DNA of 64,000 nt, from NCBI GenBank assembly GCA_976551045.1, contig CDPCPM010000281.1:2852001-2916000 (forward strand), in the 5' to 3' direction. Shown one piece after another: positions 24,601 to 36,175 of this stretch. The notes below the pieces were generated by a model, which saw nothing but the letters and a program-made list of their open reading frames with translations, ran no database searches and was not told the DNA's origin. Origin of the DNA: Glaucostegus cemiculus. Lineage: Eukaryota. The first letter of the stretch is position 1. Each line of letters begins with the position of its first letter. Position numbers and translations under genes: made by a program.

Positions 24601-27487
24601 ATTTTATTCTAGCTATTTTATTTTCTCCAAGTTCCTATCAATTCTCCACCACCCCCAATTCTATCACTCACCTACACAATAGAAGCAATTTACAGATGCT
24701 AATCAATCAAATAATATTACTTCCACCAAAGTATCTGTTTGACATGTCTGTCTGATTTAAGTGATGAGCCAACTGTCTCTGTCATCCAATTAAAAGACGA
24801 CATGCTCCACTTCAACATCATCGAGACAAAATTATCGTTGGGCCTTGGGACAAGTTTTATAGAAGTGACATATGTACCCTACTTTGGAAACGCAGAGAAA
24901 GAAGGAGCGGGGTGTGGTGTTTGAGAAATGTATATACTCCATAGATGGATTTATACTAGAGGTGGATATTCCAGCTGGTGTTTCAGATGTAGGGGTAAAC
25001 AGGAATGGGAATTAAAGCATTATGGCTGTGTTTCTTTCTCAACCATGGTTGATATTGCACTGTGGGGTATAGGAACTTTGTTACTGATTCGCTATCGGGT
25101 TTTAAAGTATGATTCCAGCGGAGGGTGACTAAAATTGTAACACAAGTGAAAGTTCAGAATGAATCTCTTCATAATAAACGGATTGAAGCTTATTTTGCAG
25201 AATGAACAAAAGAAATATACGTGTGATTGCAATCCTCATCTTGTGGATGGTGTTTGCTGTGTCTTGGTACTGTACAGCTAAAGTATTCACTAACTTAGAA
25301 ACTGCACTTAAAATGAGTCTATGTTCTTCTTTTCTGCTTCCTCTTTAATATCACCAGCATAATGATATTACCTTGCAACTCCCTTGCGTAGCCTGGCTGA
25401 GTGCTTTCCAGCTTGTGATCTGTGACCTCCCCCAGCCCTTGGGGGATTGCTGGGGAATGGGGTTTTGAGTAAGGGAAGGAGGACAATGATTACAGAAGGT
25501 CCAAGAGGTTTCAATAATATTGAAATAATTTAGTTGGAAAGTTCACAAAGAAAGTAAAGATAATAAATATTTGCTTGGCACACTGGAAGCTCTGGGTGTA
25601 GGGCTGCCAGCACTCCTGAGGAACCCAGGAAAAGCCACAACTCCTTAAGGAGGTCCACAATGTCATAGGGTGTTTATTTGGGAGTGGGAAAGACTGGGGC
25701 ACATTTTACAAAGTGTGAACAAGTCAAGGTATCATGCAAAATGAAACAAGGTTGGGAACAACTGATTTGCAAAACTCCAGTTGTGGCCTAACCAGGGTTT
25801 TATATAGGTAGCTTCAACACCATTTTTTGTGTGTGCTGCTCTTTATGAAATCTCACTACTCCATATGCTTTACCAACTATTTATTCTGCCACTGAATGCT
25901 GAAGTCCTCCTGGCTCAGGAAGTTGAGGCCTGTGAGATGATAAACATGTTCATTTCAAACTGATGGGGAAATGCACCACCAAGCAAAATGGATCTTCAGA
26001 TGTGTTTTGCTCCACGTGGAAATTACATTGGTAGAAAACTCCTATTTTAGTGAATACTACAATCATTTTCAACTTTTAAATGCAGCAACAGATTTGTTTC
26101 TGGCAGTAGCATCAGAATAAATGAATAGGAGGAAAAAATGCTCCTTGTATTCTTTTTTAAAAAAAAATGTCATTAGTTGTGTAGAGAGTCACTATAAAAT
26201 CTAACAGGATATCTCAGACCTAGATTGGTGTCTGTTGTATATTTAATATTAGCAGTGTTAATCCAGCAAGTGTCAGCTTTTCTATTCAGTGAACCTATTT
26301 TATTAATCTGTTGAGTTTAATCTTCCTGTAGTGATTCTACAAAGCCATTAAAATAGTAAATACTCTCGCTGTGTATTCAAAAGGAAAAGCTGATAAAAGG
26401 GACACCACTAAATATCAAAGAAATTGCATCCCTGACAGTCCTGAGCATCCGTCTGTGTCACTGCAGAGTCCCCTCAAGGTTAGCCTGTACTTGGTTCATG
26501 GTTCCTCTGCTCTGACTTGTCATTTACATTAATAGGTTGCACCCTGTGCTTGGTGTCTAGCTGAAACAGAGGGGACCAGACGGGTTCCATGTGTGCGATC
26601 ATATTTTCACAACTGCTGACCCTGACCGCTTAACGCATGAGCGATGAAAATCTGCTTATACCATGAAAGTGCTGACAAGTGCAAGCACTTCAGTGACATT
26701 AATAGATATTTTCTTTGAAAAATAAACAATTTCTCCACAGAAGCACCGTGGTCCTAGGTGGTCTGTGGATTGTGGCATCTGTGGACGTGATGTCATGTTG
26801 GTGTATGAAATTAGATGCACGCAAATGAAGGTGGGCTCATAACCGATGCAATTTCTTGCTTTCACGATTAAATTCCTAACATAGAAGAGGAAAAACACTA
26901 ATCTTCCTGCGGGCACTGATGCAAATGGAGGCCCACAGTGACTCTTTGGAGATTGGAAAAATATGAAATCTGTTGGGTTTGTTCAAATAGTTGGGTTCCC
27001 TTTAGGCTTATTCATGTCTGTGTTATATTCATTGCTTCTTTCACAATATCTTAACAACTCCTGAACTTGCCCTTTGACATGCCAAAATATACATGAAGCT
27101 GCAAAATTTATCTGCTCCTCGGGAACAAAGCTAGACTCCAGTGTAAGGTTATTGTGTAAGTGTAAAATGAATGAGACGAGAATTTGATACCAATTTGTTA
27201 AGGTTTTGTACAGTGGTGATTTAAGCCCTGCGCTTTGGAGCCTTGGTCTGTCTCGTAGTTTTGCTTCCCATGAGTATCACTTTCTGCTGTGTTGAGAATC
27301 CACAGCTCAAGAGAAGGAGATGTAAAAGATGTTTAAAAATAACCAGAGGGACCATGACATTTTCTAACTATTTCCTGCCAAAGTGGGCCTAAACTTGCTG
27401 CAAGGCAAGTTGCCCCCTTTCAACACTAACCTGTGAAGTAAGTAGTAACTTGCCTGTTCCATATTTGCCAATGTCATCTTGGTAGCA

Positions 27488-27847
27488 AGCCAATGTGAAA
27501 CTACAGTATGTTTGTCATGAGTCATCATCTTGGGCTAAGGAAGAGGTAGGAGGGTAAGAACAGGATGGGATGGCAATGAAGGAAAATCACCCATCTCTCA
27601 GCAAATAAAACCCTTCGTCTTTGCCCACGTGCACTCTGTATCTGAGATATGTCTGAATTTATTTTGTTTTCATGCTAAAATGGTTCTTTGCCTCCATTGT
27701 GCTAAACACTTACTATTTGAATGCTAACCAGAGCTGGGATCAGTAAGCAACGTAGAGGGTCAAATTGCAGACTAGTTCTGTTAAACAGCAAAAGAATGCA
27801 CGTACACTTTGCTGTCTTGGAAGGTTTTATAGAGTGGTAGTTAGTCG
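27488..27847. repeat. Diverged local duplication, copy B (partner 21880-22250)
   Basis: Shares agccaatgtgaaactacag, catcttgggctaa, tctgaatttattttgt and tttgctgtcttggaaggttttatagag with copy A. Confidence 0.9.
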
Positions 27848-28509
27848 CATCCTGGTCCAGAATAGTGAAGGACTTGTGTTGCCAAATAGCTAAGACAATT
27901 AAAACGTATAAATAAATGCAGTCAATATAAAAATACACATTAACTAATACTTGTCCTTCTCCCTCACAGCTGTTCCTCTTCATTCAGATGAATGAGCTTG
28001 CTGTTCCAGCTGATGCAGGTTCAGCGGGCAAATTCCCCAGCATAACTGTTGTGAAAATGCAACAAGATCACTGTCTTTCACTGGACTCCATGTGGAGTTC
28101 AATGTCAGAGCAGAGTTATGAAAATCCCAGCCTGGAGTGCCAAACAGGTTTGGATGATCCATATTCAAATGTTGGTGTTTCAATGCGGAACTTCCAGCAA
28201 TTCTCAGCAAGATCCAATCCTGCTTTTATTCAGGGCAAGAAGAAAAAAACACTTTTGTAAAAATAATCTTTAATGTTACGCATATATGTTAAGGAGTAAC
28301 ATACTATGATGGAAAGTTGATGTTTTAGTTTAATTTGCAATTTATTTTATCAACCATATCTGCAGCATCATAGTAGTTTAATCATTATTATATCTTTTGG
28401 AAACTTGTTAGATTCAGACCTTTTTTTTTCCAGAACCTCGTCTCCAATAATGCTACATTCCTTCCAGAAGTTGCATTATTCTATAAGTGCTTTTGGGTTT
28501 TGTTTTGGG

Positions 28510-28640
28510 TATTAAGGGAATCAACTGATAGGGGGTGTATGAAGGAATGTGATGCTGAGGTGAAAGATCAGCCATGATCTTGTTGAATGGCAGAGCCAGC
28601 ATGAAGCTGCCTAATAGCCTATTCTTGCTTTTACTTTTTT
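28510..28640 (+). mobile_element. CR1 LINE 3' tail
   Basis: aagatcagccatgatcttgttgaatggcagagc...gcctattcttgct. Confidence 0.7.
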
Positions 28641-31600
28641 TGTAACTTTTTTTATTTTGCAACCTTTATTTTCAGTATTTATTGCTGGGCCCAAGTGGAG
28701 TCCCCATTTTGTATGCTTTGTTTGGTTTGCCATCTTTTTCAAATTGCAATATTTTTCAGTCACCAACAGTTGACGATACTATGTACTTGGAATTAATGAT
28801 TAATGATTTCTATTCTTGCTACCAAATTACTATACGTTCTCTGCCCTTTCATTTGTGATTATGGTATTGTTTCATTAGTGTGTAAATTGAGTTAACCAAT
28901 TGCATGTGTGGGGGGAAAAAAGTCTTTTTTTCTCGCCCCCCCCCCCCCCCCCCCGCCAGAACTGCATGACGGCCAGAACACATTTTGGAATTCTTAGAAA
29001 TTGCATTTAATCTCCCTTGGTATTCCTAAGGGAGAAAATGGTGGATTTATAATGGAAAGAGCTAAAAACATAAGTTTGCAGAAATGTGATTAACAACTTT
29101 GGGAATGCAATTAGTTTATAAAATATATTTTAGGTGTGGATTTTTTTAAAAAAAGAATAATTAAATATCAGTATGTTGCTAATTAAATATAATTAGTAAA
29201 TTGATGAAATTTAGATGTTAAATGTAGTGAGTAATTTATTAATTTCATGAGCAAAATAGGTAATTGCAAAATGGAGTGAGTAACTTTCTGAGTGGTGATG
29301 TGAGTGTTAAAATGTTTTTTTGCATAGGAATTGACAGATATTGTCAACAAGTCTAAAAGAAGTTTTCTACCATTGAAGGCATGTGGATGGTTTAGAATAG
29401 AGGTTTTGTATTTGTGACTTGGCCCTACAGCCTGGCTTGTTGTTTGAAATGTTCTGCAAGGGCCGAAGATGCAGTGTTGCTAGTAGCAGGAATATTTGTG
29501 GGTGACTCCTCCAAAGTTGTTATGGCTGTCCGGTGAGATGCTGCACAGCTTTTGGGTGGTCTCGGTATTCAATTTAACTGCTTCTAAAATTGTTCTTTTT
29601 ATATGCTTGGCTTCAGTTCACTGCAGGCTTTGTTTGCCGATTTTTGGTAGTGTTTCAATCCTGCCATCTCACATTTTCCAGATTTTGATTGTTCAAGCTT
29701 TCCTCCTGTAACTTCTTTCTTTACCATTCCACCAAACTTCTTCAGTGACTCAATGTCAAATGCTGAATAAAACCATCTTGTGAAGAGCCTTGGAATATTT
29801 TGATGCATTACAGGTGATGCATCAATGCAGTTTTCCATTGCTTTGTAGATGTAAAATTGAAGATTTGCTGCAACTAAGTGTAGGTTTATTACTTGCACTG
29901 CCTGGTGGAAATTTGGGTGCAGTTTACAACTTATTGGGTGAATCACTGCCTTTGCCTACTAAAAGTGATAAGTACATGTTCAGATTGCCCTGTCTTGGTA
30001 GTTGATGTATGAGCAGTTCAAGCAACCATAGGCAAAGAAGGAGATAGAAAGATCCAACTAATAAAAGATGCAGGTTTAAACCTCAAAAAAAAAAATTGAA
30101 GGAATTTACAGCCAGGTGAATAAATAAGAATAAGTTTGTTGAATTACTTGTAGCTGATTGAATTAACTCTTACTTTGAGATGTTAAACTGAGCTCACATT
30201 TGTCTACTTTGGAAGTCAAGTGACCTACAAAGGCACAGTTCCAAAAGGAGTTGGAAGCTTTCCAGGCATGCATGCCAAAGTGTTCCAAGCAATGTTAGCA
30301 AAGACGTTAACGAGAATGTATGCCTTATTGTGGTATAGTTTGGTTTCCTTACCTACGTAACTGTAGTCACTCCACTTCCTGAGATTTATTCTGGGAAGAA
30401 GTTTTGATGGAAGGTATTTACTTTTTACTGTTTAATTTAGGCCTTATAATTTTAGACCAATAAAGGTATGTTCCAGGAATTGTGAATTGCTCCTTTTAAA
30501 CTTGGAGGAGGGGCTCCAGCTATTTCTTTCTCATGTGAAAAACCCATCGTAACTCTTGCTTACACCTGCAGTGCTGGTGAGTTATGGGTCTTTCATACTG
30601 GTGGAAGAACACCGGTAATTCACTGTCACAGGTGAGCTATCATCCTGTGTGTTCAGAATTATCATCACATAAATCGTGTAATGAGGAACTTGGGCGGAAG
30701 AGACTTTGCTCTGAAGAGGGGAAGCGCTGAGCTTGTTTACTGCATAAACTGTGCTGCCGGTTTTTATTGTGCGGTATATCTCTCTGATGCAGTCGAAATC
30801 TCAGCCTGTGTTTTATTGCAGACAGTGCCAGACTGATGTGTTTGGCTTGCAATGATGTGCTTCTCCCCTCATAAAATAAACTGCCCGTGGCACAGAAGTG
30901 TTATTACAAATGCCTACACTGCCAGGCAGAATGTTGAATAGCTGCCGGCTTGTTGCATCCTTTGGTTTCCTGCCCAAGGGTATGGACAGAGAGAAGGTAT
31001 AGCATTATTATTCAGTAGTGCTAGAGCCTGAGTCCCTGCTGGTTAATGCTGAGTGCTTTAGAATCTGATTTACATCTGCAGGAAAGGCTAATCATGAACA
31101 GACGTAGCTTGTATGGAAGTATGGTCAATCTTTTGCCATCTGGATGATGTGGAGAGCAATGATACAACCATCGTAGCAGGCTGAACAATGCCATAAAGTC
31201 TACAGGTCCAGTGCCAAATCTGGAAGTGGGCAATTCTACCACTCTCTTCTGTACAGTTATAATGCTTTGTCACTACACAAAGTGGCTGGAAAATTGTTGC
31301 CCATACACACAGCAATGTCAAAATATTATCAGAAGCACAGTTGTATTTCTGCTTGTGTTTTAAATTTCATATGCTGTTCATGTAAAAATGCTTTGTACAT
31401 GTTTAAATATTCATGGTGCCAATTGCTCTTATGTTCCCCTGCTTAAGTTAACTGCTGTTAATGATTCCACTAGGTACTGATATCTACTACTCTGAGGGTC
31501 AGCTTAATGACACTATTGGGCCAGAAACTGATTCACAGCCATGCCTATTCCTGTTCTCACCTGAATTCCACGGTTGTCCTTCTAGTAGAGTTGGTTGCAC

Positions 31601-32701
31601 AGCAAGAAGGAATAACCAATTTCCTTTCCCCCCTAGATCTGGGGTGGTGGAGCAGATTAGGGTGTTCTTCCAGACAATATCAGCTGACAGGATGCCTCCA
31701 TCTGTGGCATAACTTCCATGTTTTAATGATTGATAACCGCATACAGTTTATAATTGAATCAGGTGCTTTGTTGCGTACAGTTCAGATCTAGAGACTTTGC
31801 CTCGGAAAGGGGCATTGCTTTTAATTTTCTGTTCGTTCAGTGGCACAAATCAAGTTCAAACCCACCTCCAATTGTTGACACAGAAATATATTGCTCTTCA
31901 GGCTTAAATATTAATAAAAACTGAAAACACTGAAAATTCTATCAGTTTGTTAAACATTTTGTCAAAGCGAAATTGACTGGTTGGTATTTATGAGGGAGAA
32001 TCTTCCATGTTCTCTATGCAGTTAAGCATCTGGAAAGTCATGGGTTTGCATGTCTTGAATGCCCTATTAATTCAGATTTCTAAAATATGCATTTTTGTTT
32101 ATTTTAAATTTTGCTGGATATACTTCAAAGAAGTCTCGGCACTCTGCATTTACCTTTTCTATTTTACTCAGAGGCTGCGATCAGTCAGCAGATATTTGCA
32201 CATTCATTTGCTGGTTGAACATCATGTGATTAAAATCTATCAGAGAATTAATAATGGAATTTACTTTCATTTTTAAAACTCAGCAAAATCTTAGAAACTT
32301 CTTCCATGAGAATTTGCATTTCTTTGGTTGGGGCAGATACTAAGAATATTCTTCTTACAGTTGTTAGTTCTCAGATTATTTGAATAGTACTTGCCTGATT
32401 TTTCTTGCCATTATTTCACTTGCCCACCACTCCTTGCCTGAATATGCTTTGTTGTGGCCATGGAAACCCTTCTTTATCATTTTGTGATGCCAGAAGGTGT
32501 TGGGGTCCAGACAAACCCAACCCAGTCTCACCCTGCACACAAGCCTTGAGCACACCTCACTCCAGCTGGAATGGATGTCTTCCTAACTAGGTTAGAAAGA
32601 CTCAAAGATGTGCATGCTTCTGCTACATCATCAAAACTGTGGTGAACTTGTTTTAATGTTATTTTCAGTGCTAATGTTGCTTTTCATTTTAAATCTCAAA
32701 G

Positions 32702-32845
32702 GTGTTAGGTCGGGAGGTGTATACATCCAACAACCAGCTGGGAGGGGTCCAGATCATGCACAACAATGGTGTGACCCACACAACTGTCTATGATGACTTT
32801 GAGGGAGTTGTCATCCTTCTTCAGTGGCTGTCCTACATGCCAAAG
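32702..32845 (+). CDS. ACACA: ACACA exon ([48 protein letters not shown])
   Basis: ctcaaag|GTG acceptor, AAG|gtctgt donor, 144 nt, phase 0-0. Confidence 0.97.
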
Positions 32846-33845
32846 GTCTGTATGTTAATTTGGATTTTGAGATATTAAGCAAAAATATTCATGATCTTTT
32901 AATGTGCATAATTTATGGTAACTATTATTTTAAAAATGACCAAATATTATTGGTGTAACTGGTAATAGCCAGTATTATATGCTTGCTAACAGTAATCCAC
33001 TCTGTTGCCTGCATAGCCAAAAATAAATCATAAAAGTAAGTATTTAATCGTTAATAGTTATTTAATTTATTTACAGACATTGATGCACACGACAAAGAAA
33101 ACCCAGATCTACTTTTAATAGATTATAACAATTTAACAAATTATGGTTGGGAGAGTTATATGTTTGACAGATAACCACACGGATATTTATTTGAAGGCAG
33201 TTGCTGGATATTTAAGAAACTTTAATCAAAAGCACTATAGACGTAATAAATAAAATCTTTTCACTGACAACCCATATGTTTGAGGCAATGCTGTTCATAT
33301 AGTCTTGTATATTTAATAGGTAATGACGTACACTGTTTACAATTGCAGGCACAATGGACAATTTATACAGTTGCAAACTATATAGCAGTTAATTTTAACA
33401 TTTACAAACTGAAATGCTTACACAAACTGATGCACTTTATATAGACAATAAACCACTATTTTAAGAGAACTTAAGGACTCAGGTGTATACATGGGAGAAC
33501 AATGTTGATAATGAAACCTGGAGTTGAATTTAGATGCTAGACTCTTTTTAAACTGTTTTAAATGAGCATATGATTTTGTGGAAAGATTTGGTTGGGGGTG
33601 ACTGGGAGAAGGATATTTGTACCTTTTGTTGAAAGGTTATCTCGTGGACCAACAGGAAACCTTTACTGGTTTTGTCTGCCATTTTTCTAGGTAAAAATTA
33701 TCACTTATTTTTCATTAGTGAACTTTTAATGCCTTGTTGGTGCTAGACTTGTAAATTTAATGTTGCAACTGCTTTGGTAGATTTGAAAGTGAATTACTTT
33801 TTGCAAATTGTGCTGATTCTATTTTTAAAATCATTTTATCTGCAG

Positions 33846-33966
33846 AATGTATCAAGTTCTGTGCCCATCCTCAAACCCAAGGATCCCATTGATAGAGTTA
33901 TTGAGTTTGTTCCTACAAAAGCCCCTTATGATCCTCGGTGGCTGCTTGCTGGACGATCTCACCCAA
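33846..33966 (+). CDS. ACACA: ACACA exon ([40 protein letters not shown])
   Basis: tgcag|AAT acceptor, A|gtaagg donor, 121 nt, phase 0-1. Confidence 0.96.
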
Positions 33967-34139
33967 GTAAGGAAAAGAAAATATTGTGCTTCAGTTACAA
34001 TAAATTACACCAAGGAGCGAGTTTATTTTCAGCATTGTGGGAAAATCTTAACTGAGTAGCCATGGTTGGAGGTAACACAAACCAGTACTTTTTGATTTAG
34101 CTGGTTATCCAACCATCCAACTGCTGGAGCTGCAATTGA

Positions 34140-34310
34140 AGCTAAAAGCTGCAGATGCTGGAAATCTGAAATAGAAATAGATAATGCCTGAAATAGTCAG
34201 CAGGTCAGTTCTGATAAAGAGTAATGAACCGGAGACACTAACTTAGTTTTTCTCTCCACAGGTGCTGCATGGCATGATAAGTGTTTCAGCCATTTTCTGT
34301 TTTTTGTTTC
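34140..34310. mobile_element. Penelope-derived hairpin element (older subfamily)
   Basis: ctgcagatgctggaaatctgaaata...gttctgataaag...tctctccacaggtgctgc...cattttctgttttt. Confidence 0.65.
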
Positions 34311-34544
34311 AATTTCTTGACCTAATTTAATTGATCAAAAGCTGTGCAATCTGAGCTACCACACGCTTTCCATTTTTCTCTTCTCTCTCCTGCTGAAGTT
34401 GGATCGATCTTCTATATTTATTGCTTGAAGTTCAGGCCATTATAAGGACTGTCTACTTCTGTGTCTGCAACATATAAAGTGAGGGGTGGGGATTGCACAA
34501 TTTTGAACCAACTCAAAACCTCCCACCAAATCTAATTGACTAAA

Positions 34545-35097
34545 ATCAGTGCACCTGGCTCTAACACATCTTACCTCAGTTTAAATGGTGGTGAAGCTCT
34601 CATCCATGCCTTAGATACTACTTATAGGCTTGACAATTGCAACATATTCCTTGCCTTTAACCCTAAGGAATTTTGTCATCATTTAAATCTCCAGTGCTGA
34701 AATCCTTGCTCACATCAAGTCCCAGCCACCCCTAAACCTCGTACTTGCTTATCTGCATTGGCTCCTGGTTATGCAGTGCTTAAATTTAAAAATTCTCACC
34801 GTTGCTTTCATGGTCCACAGTCATTTCCACAGCCCTGTGACCATCCCAAAATATTTGTGCTTCAATCGTTATGATTTGTGGATCATTCCTGAATTTAAAT
34901 GTTCACCTTCAGCTGCCAAAAGTGTAGGTTCCATCACTTCCCCCCACAATTCTTTTCTTCCTCTACAACTTAGCTGTTTGACCACTATTTTGTTCATCTG
35001 CCCAAACAGCAGCTGGCTTGTTTGATAATGTTCCTGTGAAGCAGTTGAGATATTTTGCTTCATTAAATGTTATACATGAAAACAAGTTGGTATTGTA
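34545..35097 (+). mobile_element. L2 LINE 3' fragment
   Basis: Degenerate EALIHA..RLDNCN..VLAYLHWLLV..LNLKIL motifs typical of the L2 RT C-terminus; L2-like tail. Confidence 0.7.
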
Positions 35098-35324
35098 TCA
35101 GAATCAAAATACCACAAACCTCTATACCATCCTTAAGCAGACCACACTGGTTACACTTACACTTCAGTAATGGTTGCAAACTTCTATCTACTTTTGCATA
35201 TTTTGCCAGTAGTCTTCCACCTGTCAGCTGGGCTGCTTTGATAACATCCTTGCATTTGAGTTAAATAATGGGTTCAACTTTCCCTCTGGTAACCAAGCAC
35301 TTAAGCTTTTTGCTTCTTTGATGA

Positions 35325-36175
35325 ACAGAGTGACCTTGGGGTTTAAGTCCATAATTTCTTGAAAGTGGTAACATATGTAGATAAAGCAGTGAAGAAGGTA
35401 CTTGGCTTAACAAGCGATCTGCTAGAGGAACTCAGCGGGTCAAGCAGCATCTGTGGGAGGAAAGGAATTGTCAATGTTTTGGGTCAAAACCCTGATCCGT
35501 TCAGCAGATTGTTTGTTGCTCCAGATTCCAGCATCTGCAGTCTCCTGTGTCTCCGAGGTATATGGCTTGCTTGCCTTCATAGGTCTGGATAGAGAATATA
35601 AAAGTTGGGATATTATGTTACAACTTTACAAAACACTGGTTAGACCACATATGAAGTATTGTGTGCAGTTCTGTTTGCCACACCACAGGAATGATGTTAA
35701 TGCACTGGAGAGGGTGCAGAGGAGATTCACCAGGGTGTTACCTGGATTGAAGGACTAGTTATGGGGAGAGATTGGCTAGGCTGGGCTTCCTGTTCCCTGG
35801 AGAAAAGGAAGCTTAGGGGTGACATGATAGTGATATGTAAAATTATAAAAGGCATAGATAGTCAGAATCATTTTCCCGTTGTAGGGGTTTCAAAAACAAG
35901 AGGGCATGGGTTTAAGGTGAGAGGAAGGAGTTTTAAAGGGAATCTGAGAGAAAAGATTTTTATACAGTAAGTGGTTGATATCTGGAATTTGCTGCCAGGG
36001 GAGGTGGTGGAATCAGATACGATTGCTACATACAAGTGGTATTCAGATGGGCATTTGAATAGGCAAGATACTGAAGGATACTGACCTAATGTGGGCAAAT
36101 ATGATTTGGAAAAAGATCGGTATGAATATGGTTGGGTGAAGGGACCATTTCTATGCTGCATGACTCTGACTGTCA
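35325..36175 (+). mobile_element. CR1 (HER1-like) LINE 3' fragment
   Basis: LYKTLVRPHMKYCVQF..LERVQRRFTRVLPGL..SLEKRKLRGDMI..KTRGH motifs; tail gggtgaagggaccatttctatgctgcatgactctga. Confidence 0.9.
35401..35555. mobile_element. Penelope-derived hairpin-family element inserted into CR1
   Basis: ctgctagaggaactcagcgggtcaagcagcatctgtgg...ccagattccagcatctgcagtctc, flanked by AGGTA direct repeats. Confidence 0.8.

Noticed and set aside
35359-35970. Three consecutive + ORFs
   Set aside because: Frameshifted CR1 reverse-transcriptase remnants plus an insertion; not a host gene.
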